Shown here piece after piece: positions 19,979 through 31,433 of a DNA stretch of 64,000 nucleotides. Made by a program: the position numbers and the translations under genes. The notes under the pieces are model-generated. The model was not told the DNA's origin. It saw only the letters and a program-made list of their open reading frames with translations, and did not search any database. Numbering within the stretch: position 1 is the first letter of the stretch; each line of letters begins with the position of its first letter. The stretch spans positions 1,977 through 65,976 of the forward strand of contig CAVWPG010000002.1 in assembly GCA_963756885.1 (NCBI GenBank). The letters run 5' to 3'. This DNA comes from an uncultured Bacteroidales bacterium. GTDB lineage: Bacteria; Bacteroidota; Bacteroidia; Bacteroidales; VadinHA17.

Positions 19979-21472
19979 ATGAACGATAAGGTCATAATTT
20001 TTGATACCACCCTCAGGGATGGGGAACAGGTGCCGGGTTGCCAGCTGAATACGATTGAGAAAATTGAGGTCGCTCAGGCACTCGAAGCTTTGGGAGTGGA
20101 TGTTCTGGAAGCAGGGTTCCCTGTGTCGAGCCCTGGTGATTTCAAATCTGTTGTGGAAATCTCCAGGGCAATTACAAACCCGGTGATCTGTGCGCTCACA
20201 AGGGCTGTCAAGAAGGATATTGAAGTTGCGGCTGAAGCTCTGCAGTATGCCAAAAAGAAAAGAATACATACTGGCATAGGTGTTTCTCCCTTTCATATTC
20301 AATATAAAATAAAGACTACCCCGGAAGAGATCATTAAAAGAGCTGCCGATGCTGTCAAATATGCAAAAAAATTCGTCGAGGATGTTGAATTCTATGCTGA
20401 AGATGCCGGAAGAAGCGAGAACGAATACCTTGCAAAAGTTATTGAAGCTGTCATAAAGGCAGGGGCAACAGTTGTTAACATACCCGATACAACAGGCTAT
20501 TGCCTGCCAGAGGAATATGGCCAGAAAATTAAATACCTTAAGGAGAATGTTCCAAATATCCATAAGGCAACTATCTCGACCCATTGCCATAACGATCTTG
20601 GGATGGCCACGGCGAACACAATGATGGGCATCCTTAACGGGGCACGCCAGGTAGAGGTAACAATAAACGGTATCGGGGAGAGGGCAGGCAATACATCGCT
20701 CGAAGAGATTGCCATGATACTAAAGAGTCATCATAACCTCAACTTCCAGACCGAGATCAACACAAAGCTGATTTACAGCACAAGCAGGCTCGTCTCCACC
20801 CTCATGAGCATGCCTGTACAGGCGAACAAAGCCATTGTAGGACGCAACGCCTTTGCCCACTCGTCGGGCATACACCAGGACGGCGTACTGAAAAACAGGG
20901 AGAATTACGAGATAATCGATCCCGTTGAGGTCGGAATCAAGGAATCGTCTATAATCCTCACAGCCCGCAGCGGAAGGGCAGCACTTAACCACAGGCTCGA
21001 ACTGCTCGGATTCAAATTCGGCAAGGAGGAGATCGATGATATCTATCACCGGTTCCTGCTTCTGGCCGACAAGAAGAAGGATATCAACGATGAGGATATA
21101 AGGATCCTTGCAGGCGAGGTCTTCAACGGTGAAAAATCGATGAAGCTCGATACACTGCAGGTCGCCTGCGGAAAGACAATGATCCCTGTTGCTACGGTAG
21201 GAATAAAGATAAACGGAGAGCTCCATCTCTCGACTGCTTCCGGTAACGGACCCATTGATGCAGCCTTCACAGCAGTAAAACAGCTGATTAGCAAGACCGT
21301 TCACCTCGAGGAATTCCTTATCCAGGCAATTACGAAGGGGAGCGATGACCTGGGTAAGGTGCATATCCAGGTCGAGCATGAAGGGAGAACCTTTTACGGC
21401 TTTTCGGCCAATACTGATATAATAACAGCTTCGGTTGAAGCATTTATAGATGCAATAGCAAAAATTAATTAA
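19979..21472 (+). CDS. leuA: 2-isopropylmalate synthase
   Basis: [23 protein letters not shown] and a C-terminal LeuA dimerisation/regulatory domain. The ORF track starts at TTG 19961; ATG 19979 ([17 protein letters not shown]) is more plausible. Confidence 0.9.
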   Translation: MNDKVIIFDTTLRDGEQVPGCQLNTIEKIEVAQALEALGVDVLEAGFPVSSPGDFKSVVEISRAITNPVICALTRAVKKDIEVAAEALQYAKKKRIHTGIGVSPFHIQYKIKTTPEEIIKRAADAVKYAKKFVEDVEFYAEDAGRSENEYLAKVIEAVIKAGATVVNIPDTTGYCLPEEYGQKIKYLKENVPNIHKATISTHCHNDLGMATANTMMGILNGARQVEVTINGIGERAGNTSLEEIAMILKSHHNLNFQTEINTKLIYSTSRLVSTLMSMPVQANKAIVGRNAFAHSSGIHQDGVLKNRENYEIIDPVEVGIKESSIILTARSGRAALNHRLELLGFKFGKEEIDDIYHRFLLLADKKKDINDEDIRILAGEVFNGEKSMKLDTLQVACGKTMIPVATVGIKINGELHLSTASGNGPIDAAFTAVKQLISKTVHLEEFLIQAITKGSDDLGKVHIQVEHEGRTFYGFSANTDIITASVEAFIDAIAKIN

Positions 21473-21474
21473 CT

Positions 21475-21600
21475 CCCTGTTCGCCCGTTCGCCCCTAACC
21501 CCCAAGGGGGGGCTAAAAAAGTGGTGTTTAATCGCTTTTTAACCCCCCTTCAGGGGTCCCGATAGCTATCGGGAAGGGGGGCAAAAAGGGAAGAGGAAAA
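21475..21600. repeat. mosaic repeat block R3 inside the leuA-leuC gap
   Basis: CCCCCAAGGGGG palindrome, then CCCCCCTTCAGGGGTCCCGATAGCTATCGGGAAGGGGGG (palindrome core 21557-21574), then a purine-rich tail. Confidence 0.85.
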
Positions 21601-21621
21601 GATTCAATTAAGAATAATTAC

Positions 21622-23043
21622 ATGAAACCAAAAACACTTTTTGATAAAATATGGGATGGTCATGTGGTGAGATCCATAGAGCAGGGCCCGGATGTGCTTT
21701 ACATAGACAGGCATTACATACATGAGGTGACCAGCCCGCAGGCCTTCAACGGACTGATGGAAAGAGGGATACCTGTATTCCGGCCCGAACGGACACTCGC
21801 GACCGCAGATCATAATATCCCGACAAAGGACCAGCATCTGCAGATCAGGGATGCCTTGTCGAGGAACCAGGTGGAAAAGCTGAAGGAGAATTGCAGCCGC
21901 TACGGAATAGAACTGTTCGGCCTGAACCATTCAAAAAACGGGATAGTTCATGTTATCGGTCCGGAGCTGGGCTACACACTGCCCGGCATGACAATCGTCT
22001 GCGGTGACAGCCATACATCCACCCACGGAGCCTTCGGAACAATTGCCTTCGGAATCGGCACAAGCGAAGTCGAGATGGTTCTGGCTACCCAGTGCATAAT
22101 GCAGCCCAGGCCCAAAAGAATGAGGATAACGATTAACGGGAAACTGCATGAGGGTGTTACATCGAAAGACATAATAATGTATATAATCTCCGGGATATCC
22201 ACCGGAGGCGGCACAGGCTATTTTGTCGAATATGCCGGTACCGCAATTGAGGATCTGAGCATGGAGGCCAGAATGACAATCTGCAATATGAGCATCGAAA
22301 TGGGTGCACGAGGAGGCCTCATAGCTCCCGATGAAAAAACGTTCAGCTACCTGCGGAACCTCCCGTCGATACCGGGAATTGAGGATCGTGAGGCAGCAAT
22401 AAAGGAATGGAAGAAGCTCAAAACCGACAGCGATGCCGTTTTTGACCGCGAACTCGAATTTGATGCGAGGGTAATAAAGCCTATGATAACATATGGCACA
22501 AACCCGGGAATGGGAATGGCAATTGACTCCTCCATACCAATGCCGGCCGACAGGCCAGGCGAATCTGCATCATCGTTCCTCAAATCGCTCGATTACATGG
22601 GACTGAAGCCCGGCATGAAGCTGCTCGGCCATCCTGTCGACTATGTTTTCATCGGAAGCTGCACCAATGGCAGAATTGAAGATTTCCGGGCCTTTGCAAG
22701 GATCATCAAGGGAAGAAAGAAGGCAGCCGGCATTGAAGCGCTCATCGTTCCAGGCTCCAGGAAGGTGGAAGAACAGATGGTGGCGGAAGGTCTCATTGAA
22801 ATTTACAGGGAGGCCGGGTTTGAGGTGAGACAGCCGGGATGCTCATCATGCCTGGCTATGAATGAGGACAAGATCCCGGCAGGAAAATATGCGGTCTCCA
22901 CCTCAAACAGGAACTTCGAGGGAAGGCAGGGACCAGGGGCCAGAACACTGCTGGCAAGCCCATTCACTGCCGCCGCGGCAGCTATTACGGGCATGATCAC
23001 CGATCCCCGCGAATTTATAACTGAAGAAATTAACGTTAAATAA
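21622..23043 (+). CDS. leuC: 3-isopropylmalate dehydratase large subunit
   Basis: 473 aa. [19 protein letters not shown] and [12 protein letters not shown] aconitase-family motifs. Confidence 0.95.
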   Translation: MKPKTLFDKIWDGHVVRSIEQGPDVLYIDRHYIHEVTSPQAFNGLMERGIPVFRPERTLATADHNIPTKDQHLQIRDALSRNQVEKLKENCSRYGIELFGLNHSKNGIVHVIGPELGYTLPGMTIVCGDSHTSTHGAFGTIAFGIGTSEVEMVLATQCIMQPRPKRMRITINGKLHEGVTSKDIIMYIISGISTGGGTGYFVEYAGTAIEDLSMEARMTICNMSIEMGARGGLIAPDEKTFSYLRNLPSIPGIEDREAAIKEWKKLKTDSDAVFDRELEFDARVIKPMITYGTNPGMGMAIDSSIPMPADRPGESASSFLKSLDYMGLKPGMKLLGHPVDYVFIGSCTNGRIEDFRAFARIIKGRKKAAGIEALIVPGSRKVEEQMVAEGLIEIYREAGFEVRQPGCSSCLAMNEDKIPAGKYAVSTSNRNFEGRQGPGARTLLASPFTAAAAAITGMITDPREFITEEINVK

Positions 23044-23052
23044 TAATCTGAT

Positions 23053-23655
23053 ATGGCAAAAGTCAAATTTGATCTTCTCGAATCAACCTGTGTTCCGCTT
23101 CCCCTGGAAAACGTGGATACCGATCAGATTATCCCTGCAAGGTTCCTCAGCGCAACCTCGAGAGAGGGATTCGGGAACAACCTGTTCCGCGACTGGAGAT
23201 ACCTCAAAACAGGCGAACCGAATACTGCATTTGTTCTGAACGATCCCACCTATACCGGCAAGGTTCTTGTTACGGGAAAGAATTTCGGCAGCGGCTCAAG
23301 CCGCGAGCATGCCGTATGGGCAATATTCGACTATGGATTCAGGGCAGTCGTTTCGAGCTTTTTCGCAGATATTTTCATGAATAATTCCCTCAATAACGGA
23401 CTCCTTCCCATAGTGATCTCCGAGGATCTTCTGAAGAGGCTTCACGAACAGATCCGGAAGGATCCGTCGACAAAGGTCAGAATTGATCTCGAAAAACAAA
23501 AATTTACAATACTTCCTACGGGTGAGAGTGTAATATTTGCAATAAATCCATACAAGAAAGAGTGCCTTCTCAAGGGACTTGATGATATAGATTTTCTTCT
23601 CGGCATGAAGGATATGATTACAAGTTATGAAAACAATAAAAGTCTTGTAAAATGA
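23053..23655 (+). CDS. leuD: 3-isopropylmalate dehydratase small subunit
   Basis: 200 aa. NVDTDQIIPARFL and GKNFGSGSSREHA motifs. Confidence 0.95.
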   Translation: MAKVKFDLLESTCVPLPLENVDTDQIIPARFLSATSREGFGNNLFRDWRYLKTGEPNTAFVLNDPTYTGKVLVTGKNFGSGSSREHAVWAIFDYGFRAVVSSFFADIFMNNSLNNGLLPIVISEDLLKRLHEQIRKDPSTKVRIDLEKQKFTILPTGESVIFAINPYKKECLLKGLDDIDFLLGMKDMITSYENNKSLVK

Positions 23656-25220
23656 GAGTTGAAATAATGGATACTACCCTCCGGGACGGTGAACAGACCC
23701 AGGGAGTATCATACTCACCGCTCGAAAAACTCCATATAGCCAAACTTCTTCTCAAGGACCTGAGGGTCGACAGGATTGAAGTGGCTTCGGCAAGGGTATC
23801 TGCCGGTGAGTTCCAGGCGCTGAGCAAAATAACCGAGTGGGCGCGCCATAATAATCTTCACAGGAAAGTGGAGGTTCTCGGATTCGTCGACGGGGATGTC
23901 TCCCTCAACTGGATCAACGATGCCGGAGGAAAGGTTGTAAACCTTCTCTGCAAGGGGTCGCTCAGGCATCTTGAAAAGCAGCTTAGAAAAACACCGGAGC
24001 AGCATGTCAGGGATATCAGGGATATAATAGAAAAAGCAGAGGCGCTCGACATCCAGGTAAATATTTATCTCGAGGACTGGTCGAACGGGATGATCAATTC
24101 GGAGGATTATGTCTTCTATATGCTGGAATCGCTGAAGGATGACAATATAAAGCGATATATGCTCCCCGACACCCTGGGCATTTTAAACCAGGAGCAGACA
24201 TTTGAATTCTGTAAAAAGATAGTGGATCGCTATCCGGGGCTTCACTTTGATTTTCATGCCCACAACGACTATGACCTGGCGGTGGCAAATGTCTACTCTG
24301 CAGTGAAGGCGGGAGTAAAAGGGATTCATACAACCGTAAACGGCCTGGGAGAAAGAGCCGGCAATGCACCCCTCTCCAGCGTGATAGGCATAATGCGCGA
24401 TCAGCTCCATGCCGATACCGATATAAACGAATATGAAATCACAAAGGTGAGCAAGATAGTGGAGACCTTCAGCGGCATCCGCATCCCTGTGAATAAGCCG
24501 GTGATCGGGGAAAATGTCTTCACCCAGACATCGGGTGTGCACGCCGATGGCGACAGCAAGGACAATCTTTACTATAACAACCTGATGCCGGAACGCTTCG
24601 GCCGCAAGAGGAAATACGCCCTGGGGAAACAATCGGGCAAGGCAACCGTAAGGAAAAACCTTGAGGAATTCGGGCTCTTCCTCAGCCCTGAATCCCTTAC
24701 GAAGGTGACCCAGAGAGTAATAGAACTAGGCGACAAAAAAGAGAATGTGACTACGGAAGACCTGCCATTCATCATAGCCGATGTGCTCGGCAATGACAAA
24801 AGCAATTACAAGATCTTCATAAAGAACTACTCCCTGTCCCTCTCCTATGGACTGAAGCCATCAGCAAATATTCAGGTCGAGATCGACGGGCACCTTTACC
24901 AGGAAACATCCTCGGGCGACGGGCAGTACGATGCTTTCATGAAGGCCCTGAGAAACATATATGACAAGCTCGGGAAACATTATCCCGCCCTTACCGATTA
25001 TGAGGTCACAATACCACCCGGAGGCGCTACCGATGCGCTTGTTGAGACTATAATCACATGGGATTACAGGGGAAAGGAATTCAGAACGAAGGGACTCGAT
25101 GCCGACCAGACCGAATCGGCAATAAAGGCAACGGAGAAGATGCTCAACATAATCGAGGGGCTGAGCGAGACAGAGTACAAGACGGAACACCCGGAATTAC
25201 ACAGCGTGAAATATCATTAA
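23652..25220 (+). CDS. cimA: (R)-citramalate synthase (Leptospira CimA-type member of the IPMS/homocitrate synthase family)
   Basis: 522 aa. [85 protein letters not shown] and IPPGGATDALVET closely match my recollection of characterised CimA. ATGA overlap with leuD. Confidence 0.75.
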   Translation: MRVEIMDTTLRDGEQTQGVSYSPLEKLHIAKLLLKDLRVDRIEVASARVSAGEFQALSKITEWARHNNLHRKVEVLGFVDGDVSLNWINDAGGKVVNLLCKGSLRHLEKQLRKTPEQHVRDIRDIIEKAEALDIQVNIYLEDWSNGMINSEDYVFYMLESLKDDNIKRYMLPDTLGILNQEQTFEFCKKIVDRYPGLHFDFHAHNDYDLAVANVYSAVKAGVKGIHTTVNGLGERAGNAPLSSVIGIMRDQLHADTDINEYEITKVSKIVETFSGIRIPVNKPVIGENVFTQTSGVHADGDSKDNLYYNNLMPERFGRKRKYALGKQSGKATVRKNLEEFGLFLSPESLTKVTQRVIELGDKKENVTTEDLPFIIADVLGNDKSNYKIFIKNYSLSLSYGLKPSANIQVEIDGHLYQETSSGDGQYDAFMKALRNIYDKLGKHYPALTDYEVTIPPGGATDALVETIITWDYRGKEFRTKGLDADQTESAIKATEKMLNIIEGLSETEYKTEHPELHSVKYH

Positions 25221-25257
25221 AAGCAGTAAATAATCTTTTATTAACAGAACCAAATCT

Positions 25258-26316
25258 ATGAGCAAATCTTACAATATTGCAGTTATTCCAGGTGATGGCA
25301 CCGGTCCCGAAGTAGTCAGGGAAGGGAAAAAAGTACTCAGCGCGGTGGCATCGAAATACGACTTCGCCATTAATTTCGAGGAATTTGATTTCGGAGGTGA
25401 GCGGTATCTTAAAACGGGCGAGGTACTTCCCGATTCTGCTTCGGAACAGCTTAAAAAATTCGATTCGATTTTCCTTGGAGCAATCGGTCATCCCGATGTA
25501 AAACCCGGTATACTTGAAAAAGGAATACTGCTGAAGCTCAGGTTCGATCTCGATCAGTATATTAACCTGCGCCCGATCAAGCTCTATCCCGGTGTTGCCA
25601 CTCCCCTTAAGGATAAGGGCCCCGAGCATATCGACTATGTTGTTGTCAGGGAAAATTCAGGCGACGTGTATACAGGCAGCGGCGGTACAACCATGAAGGG
25701 AACGCCCCACGAAGTTGCAATACAGAATATGGTCTACTCGCGCATGCAGGTAGATCGCTGCCTTAGATATGCATTCGAATACACAAGAAAGAGAAACAAG
25801 AGAAAAACACTGGCTCTCTGCGGAAAGACAAATGTCCTTACCTTCGTCTTTGACCTTTGGGAAAGGGCCTTCAATGAAATAGGAAAAGAATATCCCGATA
25901 TCAAAAGGGAATATTACCATGTCGATGCCACCTGCATGTGGATGGTTAAAAACCCGGAGTGGTTCGACGTCATCGTTACTACGAACATGTTCGGTGACAT
26001 AATAACTGACCTCGGAGCAATAACACAGGGAGGCATGGGGATTGCAGCAGGCGGCAACATCAATCCGCGCGGTGTCTCAATGTTCGAGCCTATCGGCGGT
26101 TCCGCACCAAAATATACAGGAAAGAATATAATCAATCCGCTGGCTTCAATAGCCTGTGGCGGAATGATGCTCGAGCACCTGGGAGAAGAAAAAGCTGCCC
26201 GTTCAATCGAAAATGCAATAATGGACGTTACTGCCAATAAGCTGAAGGATATGGGAGCCGGTAAAATGGGATATTCCACTACAGAAGTCGGTGACCTCGT
26301 TGCCGAAAGAATATAA
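25258..26316 (+). CDS. leuB: 3-isopropylmalate dehydrogenase
   Basis: 352 aa. [17 protein letters not shown] and [12 protein letters not shown] motifs of isocitrate/isopropylmalate dehydrogenases, at the end of the leu block. Confidence 0.9.
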   Translation: MSKSYNIAVIPGDGTGPEVVREGKKVLSAVASKYDFAINFEEFDFGGERYLKTGEVLPDSASEQLKKFDSIFLGAIGHPDVKPGILEKGILLKLRFDLDQYINLRPIKLYPGVATPLKDKGPEHIDYVVVRENSGDVYTGSGGTTMKGTPHEVAIQNMVYSRMQVDRCLRYAFEYTRKRNKRKTLALCGKTNVLTFVFDLWERAFNEIGKEYPDIKREYYHVDATCMWMVKNPEWFDVIVTTNMFGDIITDLGAITQGGMGIAAGGNINPRGVSMFEPIGGSAPKYTGKNIINPLASIACGGMMLEHLGEEKAARSIENAIMDVTANKLKDMGAGKMGYSTTEVGDLVAERI

Positions 26317-26417
26317 ATCTGCCTGCTACCCCCTGCGAGAAAGGGATCAGAAAGTGAATTCATTAAAAAATTATTCAATTTCCCGCAAAAAGTAGTAGCA
26401 TATAAATAATTTATTAT

Positions 26418-26425
26418 TATTTTTG
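26418..26425 (+). promoter_or_regulatory. -7 promoter box TATTTTTG for the his leader
   Basis: Exact TAnnTTTG match, ending 17 nt upstream of the leader ATG. Confidence 0.5.
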
Positions 26426-26442
26426 CATCATATTTTAAGAAA

Positions 26443-26502
26443 ATGAATTACAGGACATCACATCATTATCATTTTGAATCTTGCTGTCAGGCGAGGAGAT
26501 AG
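26443..26502 (+). CDS. putative his leader peptide [19 protein letters not shown]
   Basis: 19-codon ORF with 3 His codons within 4 positions (26461-26472). Its 3' end contains TCAGGCG (26487-26493), which duplicates the terminator 3' arm. Confidence 0.5.
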   Translation: MNYRTSHHYHFESCCQARR

Positions 26503-26531
26503 TGATATGTTCAAATATTAAAGTATCATAA

Positions 26532-26560
26532 ACCCGTCTGAGCAGATCAGGCGGGTTTTT
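26532..26560 (+). terminator. intrinsic terminator (attenuator) upstream of hisG
   Basis: ACCCGTCTGA-GCAGA-TCAGGCGGGT, a 10-bp stem with one G-U, followed by TTTTTGATTT. About 40 nt before the hisG ATG. Confidence 0.7.
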
Positions 26561-26602
26561 GATTTCCTGCCTGAGTTGTTCGGACACATAGGACAAAGTA
26601 AA

Positions 26603-27460
26603 ATGAGTGTACTGAAAATTGCCATCCAGAAGAGCGGACGACTGAGTGAAAATTCAAAAAAACTGCTTGAAGAATGTGGTATCAAATTCTCAAACGGAAT
26701 AAGTGTTCTGAAAACATCTGCTTCCAACTTCCCGGTCGAGGTTCTCTTCCTGAGAGACGACGATATCCCGCAATATGTCGAACAACAGGTGGCCGATATC
26801 GGGATCCTCGGGGAGAACATGGTGGCCGAGAAAAACAAGGATGTCGATATTTTTGAAAAGCTTGGCTTTGCCGGCTGCAGACTGAGCCTGGCCATACCCA
26901 AGGAGGAAAAATATACAGGTCCGGGATTCTTTATGAATAAAAAGGTTGCTACAAGCTACCCCAGGGTCCTTACTGACTTCTTCCGGAAGAATGGCATAAC
27001 CGCAGAGATCGAGGAGATCAGCGGAAGCGTCGAAATAGCTCCGGGCATAGGGCTTGCAGATGCAATCTGTGATATTGTGAGCTCAGGAAGCACACTGCTC
27101 ACAAACGGATTACAGGAAGTTGAGACTATCCTCAGGAGCCAGGCAGTAATAATCGGCAACAGGAACCTCAGCGAGGGCAAAAAGGAGATCCTTGCCAGGC
27201 TGCTCTTCAGGATCAGGGCAGTAATCAATGCCAAGGAGAATAAATATATCCTGCTCAATGCCCCCGAATCGGCCGTTGACAGGATCTGCGCCATACTCCC
27301 CGGAATGAAGAGCCCTTCGATAATACCCCTTGTAAATAAAGGATGGGTCAGCATGCACTCGGTTGTGAAGGAGGATCAGTTCTGGGAAAGGATAGATCAG
27401 CTCAAGGAGGCCGGGGCGGAAGGCATACTTGTTATTCCCATTGAAAAAATGATCCTGTGA
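26603..27460 (+). CDS. hisG: ATP phosphoribosyltransferase (long form)
   Basis: MSVLKIAIQKSGRLSE start. The ORF track starts at upstream TTG 26576, which would lie right after the terminator. DIVSSGSTL motif. Confidence 0.9.
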   Translation: MSVLKIAIQKSGRLSENSKKLLEECGIKFSNGISVLKTSASNFPVEVLFLRDDDIPQYVEQQVADIGILGENMVAEKNKDVDIFEKLGFAGCRLSLAIPKEEKYTGPGFFMNKKVATSYPRVLTDFFRKNGITAEIEEISGSVEIAPGIGLADAICDIVSSGSTLLTNGLQEVETILRSQAVIIGNRNLSEGKKEILARLLFRIRAVINAKENKYILLNAPESAVDRICAILPGMKSPSIIPLVNKGWVSMHSVVKEDQFWERIDQLKEAGAEGILVIPIEKMIL

Positions 27461-28749
27461 TGAAAACAATAATACTTCCCGAAAGGAACGACTGGGAGGA
27501 GATCTGCAGCCGTCCTTCAATGAAAAAATGCTATCTTGAAGAAAAGGTCAGAGCCATTCTCCTGAAGGTAAGATCCGAAAAGGACAAGGCGCTTCTTGAA
27601 TATTCCGAAAAATTCGATGGCATCAGACCCGACAATCTGAAAGTATCCCCCGCTGAGATCGAAGAATCGGTTCAGCTCGTACCCGCCCCGATAAAGGATG
27701 CAATAGATATTGCCCGCAAAAACATAGAAATGTTCCACAGGGCCCAGCTGGCCGCTGAAGCTCCCGTCGAAACCCATCCGGGGGTTAAATGCTGGCGAAA
27801 AAATGTTCCTGTTGAAAAGGTGGGACTCTATATTCCCGGGGGCAGTGCTCCTCTCTTTTCAACTGTTCTCATGCTGGGGATCCCGGCCAGACTGGCAGGA
27901 TGCCGCGAGATAATCCTTTGTTCTCCGCCGGGGAAAGACGGCAAAATAAATCCGCTCATCCTCTATACCGCCAGACTGATAGGTATAACCTCGATCTATA
28001 AGGCCGGAGGCGCACAGGCTATAGCTGCTATGGCCTTCGGAACAGAAAGCATTCCACGGGTGTATAAAATATTTGGCCCCGGAAACCAGTTCGTTACCAA
28101 AGCTAAGGAGCTTGTGCAGGAAGAGGGCGTCGCAATAGACATGCCGGCCGGACCCAGCGAAGTGCTTGTAATATCCGACTCCGCAGCAGATCCTGAATTC
28201 ATAGCTGCCGACCTCCTGTCGCAGGCAGAGCACGGTCCCGACAGCCAGGTGGTCTATCTGACCGACAGCAGCGATATGATCGGGAAAGTACTGGAGCAGA
28301 TAAATCAGCAGCTCCGGCTTCTGCCAAGGAAGGAGATAGCCGCCCAGGCCTTGGAAAACAGCAAGCTCATACTCCTCCCCTCGCTCGATAAATGTATGGA
28401 CTTCAGCAATCTGTATGCACCGGAACACCTTATAATAAATACTTCCGACCCTCACCGGCTTGCAGCCGGGGTTGTAAACGCAGGATCGGTGTTTCTGGGA
28501 TCTTTCAGCTGCGAAAGCGCCGGCGACTATGCCTCGGGGACCAATCACACCCTCCCTACAAACGGTTATGCAAGAAATTACAGCGGTGTATCGGCCGAGA
28601 GCTTCATGAAAAAGATCTCCTTCCAGGAGCTGACGGATGAGGGAATAAGAAGCCTGGGACCCGTAATAGAAATTATGGCAGAGGCAGAACTTCTGAACGG
28701 ACACAGGAATGCCGTGAGTTTAAGATTAAAAAGCCTGAAAAATGACTGA
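27457..28749 (+). CDS. hisD: histidinol dehydrogenase
   Basis: 430 aa. [17 protein letters not shown] and APEHL motifs. 4-nt overlap with hisG. Confidence 0.95.
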   Translation: MMKTIILPERNDWEEICSRPSMKKCYLEEKVRAILLKVRSEKDKALLEYSEKFDGIRPDNLKVSPAEIEESVQLVPAPIKDAIDIARKNIEMFHRAQLAAEAPVETHPGVKCWRKNVPVEKVGLYIPGGSAPLFSTVLMLGIPARLAGCREIILCSPPGKDGKINPLILYTARLIGITSIYKAGGAQAIAAMAFGTESIPRVYKIFGPGNQFVTKAKELVQEEGVAIDMPAGPSEVLVISDSAADPEFIAADLLSQAEHGPDSQVVYLTDSSDMIGKVLEQINQQLRLLPRKEIAAQALENSKLILLPSLDKCMDFSNLYAPEHLIINTSDPHRLAAGVVNAGSVFLGSFSCESAGDYASGTNHTLPTNGYARNYSGVSAESFMKKISFQELTDEGIRSLGPVIEIMAEAELLNGHRNAVSLRLKSLKND

Positions 28750-29773
28750 TATAAATAAGCTTGTCCGGGAAAATATAGTCAGGCTTACCCCCTATTCCAG
28801 CGCCCGGGATGAATACTCCGGAAGCCGTGGAATATTTCTGGATGCCAATGAGAATCCTTACGGCAGCCTGAACCGTTATCCCGATCCCTACCAGCGGATC
28901 CTGAAAAAAGCTGTCTCGCGGCTCAAAGGCATACCCGAGGAAAAAATATTCCTTGGCAATGGAAGCGACGAAATAATCGACCTCTGCTTCAGAATATTCT
29001 GCAATCCGGGCAGCGACAGCTCCCTTACTTTTCCACCTACCTACGGGATGTATGAAGTTTCTGCATCGGTTAACGATGTGAAAGCCCTGAAGGTTCCCCT
29101 TAACGGCAATTTTCAGATTGATCTCCCCGCAACGGAACCACTTCTCGGAAACAGGAATCTTAAGCTCATATTCATCTGCTCACCCAACAATCCTACCGGC
29201 AACTCGATAAACAGAAGCGATGTTGAATACATCATCTCCGGCTTCAACGGGATTGTGGTGATCGATGAGGCCTATATCGATTTCAGCGATAAGCCCTCAT
29301 TTCTGGAGCTCACCTCAAAATATCCCAACCTGATTGTGATGCAAACCTTCAGCAAGGCATTCGGACTTGCAGCAGTGAGGGTCGGCGTGGCTGTATCCGA
29401 TCCCGCTGTCATCAGCTATTTCAACAAGGTGAAGCCTCCCTATAATATAAGTACTGTGAACCAGAAGGCAGTACTGAGGAAAATCGAAAAGCACGATTTG
29501 TATATGGAGCAGGTCCGTACTATCAGGCAGGAAAGGTCAAGGCTTGCCGATACGCTTAAAAAAATGGGTGTGGCCGAGAAAGTGTTCCCGTCTGATGCCA
29601 ACTTCCTCCTTGTAAAAGTCAGGGATGCCGGCCGGATATATGAATCGCTTGTTGAAAGGAATATTATTGTTAGGAACCGCAGCAGTGCCGTTGAGAACTG
29701 TATCAGGATTACAGTGGGTAAACCGGCCGAGAATAATAAATTGATTAACGCACTTAAGTCCTTTTCAAAATGA
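28742..29773 (+). CDS. hisC: histidinol-phosphate aminotransferase
   Basis: 343 aa. [17 protein letters not shown] and the [16 protein letters not shown]-lysine motif. Confidence 0.9.
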   Translation: MTDINKLVRENIVRLTPYSSARDEYSGSRGIFLDANENPYGSLNRYPDPYQRILKKAVSRLKGIPEEKIFLGNGSDEIIDLCFRIFCNPGSDSSLTFPPTYGMYEVSASVNDVKALKVPLNGNFQIDLPATEPLLGNRNLKLIFICSPNNPTGNSINRSDVEYIISGFNGIVVIDEAYIDFSDKPSFLELTSKYPNLIVMQTFSKAFGLAAVRVGVAVSDPAVISYFNKVKPPYNISTVNQKAVLRKIEKHDLYMEQVRTIRQERSRLADTLKKMGVAEKVFPSDANFLLVKVRDAGRIYESLVERNIIVRNRSSAVENCIRITVGKPAENNKLINALKSFSK

Positions 29774-30858
29774 AAAAAGTTCTATTTATCGACAGAGACG
29801 GGACCATAATAGCTGAACCGTCTGATGAACAGGTGGACAGTTTTGAGAAATTCAGCTTTCTGCCTTCGGCTATAACCTGCTTATCGCTGATAGCCAGGGA
29901 GACTGATTATGAACTTGTAATGGTGACCAACCAGGACGGCCTCGGCACCGGATCTTTCCCTGAGGAGACTTTCTGGCCGGTGCAAAACAAGATGCTCGAG
30001 ATCCTCAGGGGCGAAGGGGTGGTTTTCAGGGAAATATTCATCGACAGATCGATGCCCGCCGAGAATGCACCTACCCGAAAGCCGGGCACTGCAATGCTTG
30101 TAAAATATATCTCCCAGGGCGTAGACATGGATGAATCATTTGTAATCGGCGACAGGCACACCGATATACAGCTGGCCAAAAACCTGGGATGCAGATCAAT
30201 TTTTCTTAACAGTGAAAAATCACCCGATGCCGATTTTTGTACTTCCGACTGGAATGAGATCTATAAATATCTCAAACAGATCCCGCGCAGTAGTATAATA
30301 GAGAGAAAAACATCGGAAACTCAGATCCAGATCGATCTTAATCTTGACGGAGCCGGCAAGAGCAATATCTCGACGGGAATAGGCTTTTTCGATCATATGC
30401 TTGAACAGATCGCCAGGCACGGCAATCTTGACCTCAGCATTAATGTAAACGGAGACTTGTACGTCGATGAGCATCATACTGTGGAGGATGTTGCAATAAC
30501 ACTCGGGGAGGCAATGCTAAAGGCTATCGGAGGGAAAAAGGGGATTGAGCGGTATGGCTTCGTGCTCCCCATGGATGACTGCCTTGCACAGGTTGCCCTT
30601 GATTTCGGCGGAAGGCCATGGCTCGTCTGGGAAGTAGAGTTTACGAGGGACAAGATAGGAGAAATGCCCTCCGAGCTGTTCTTCCACTTCTTTAAATCAT
30701 TCAGCGACAATGCCAAATGCAACCTTATAATAAGGGCTGACGGACAGAACGAACACCATAAGATAGAGGCTATATTCAAAGCTTTTGCTAAAGCTGTGAA
30801 GATGGCCGTAAAACAGACAGATAACTACAATCTCCCAAGTACCAAAGGTAAATTATGA
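29770..30858 (+). CDS. hisB: bifunctional histidinol-phosphatase / imidazoleglycerol-phosphate dehydratase
   Basis: 362 aa. N-terminal HAD-type [14 protein letters not shown]; C-terminal IGPD motifs GIGFFDHML and DEHHTVEDV. Confidence 0.95.
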   Translation: MKKVLFIDRDGTIIAEPSDEQVDSFEKFSFLPSAITCLSLIARETDYELVMVTNQDGLGTGSFPEETFWPVQNKMLEILRGEGVVFREIFIDRSMPAENAPTRKPGTAMLVKYISQGVDMDESFVIGDRHTDIQLAKNLGCRSIFLNSEKSPDADFCTSDWNEIYKYLKQIPRSSIIERKTSETQIQIDLNLDGAGKSNISTGIGFFDHMLEQIARHGNLDLSINVNGDLYVDEHHTVEDVAITLGEAMLKAIGGKKGIERYGFVLPMDDCLAQVALDFGGRPWLVWEVEFTRDKIGEMPSELFFHFFKSFSDNAKCNLIIRADGQNEHHKIEAIFKAFAKAVKMAVKQTDNYNLPSTKGKL

Positions 30859-31433
30859 TAGCCATCGTCAAATATAATTCAGGAAACATAAAATCGGTGC
30901 AGAATGCCCTCGACAGGCTCGGCTATAAAAGCATTATTACTGATGATCCCGATGATCTGACCAGCGCCGAAAAGGTGATCTTTCCGGGAGTCGGCGAGGC
31001 AGGCACGGCTATGAGGTACCTGAAGGAAAGAGGGCTGGATGAGGTTATCAGATCACTTGAACAGCCGGTACTCGGAATATGCCTCGGACTTCAGCTTATG
31101 TGCCGGTTCTCCGAGGAGGCAGATACGACATGCATGGGCATTTTTGATTCGGACGTCAGGCTGTTCCCCCCTGTTGATAAGATCCCCCACATGGGATGGA
31201 ACAGCTTTCTTACAATAAAGGGTGATTTGTTCAGGGGCATCTCATTAAATGATGATGTTTATTACGTGCACAGCTACTATGCCGAGATCTCTTCATGCAC
31301 TGCTGCAACATGCGACTACATCCTTCCCTTCAGCGCCGCCATGACAAAGGGGAACTTTTATGCGACCCAGTTCCATCCTGAAAAATCGGCCGGGATAGGC
31401 GAGAAAATCCTGAGAAATTTCCTCAGCCTATGA
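30855..31433 (+). CDS. hisH: imidazole glycerol phosphate synthase, glutamine amidotransferase subunit
   Basis: 192 aa. [12 protein letters not shown] and FHPEKS triad context. Confidence 0.95.
   Translation: MIAIVKYNSGNIKSVQNALDRLGYKSIITDDPDDLTSAEKVIFPGVGEAGTAMRYLKERGLDEVIRSLEQPVLGICLGLQLMCRFSEEADTTCMGIFDSDVRLFPPVDKIPHMGWNSFLTIKGDLFRGISLNDDVYYVHSYYAEISSCTAATCDYILPFSAAMTKGNFYATQFHPEKSAGIGEKILRNFLSL

Noticed and set aside
19958-21505. Minus-strand ORFs of 210 aa and 261 aa (19958-20590, 20720-21505)
   Set aside because: Antisense to leuA, whose product is unmistakable. No motifs, and typical shadow-ORF composition.
27859-28704. 281-aa minus-strand ORF
   Set aside because: Antisense to hisD. 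No motifs.
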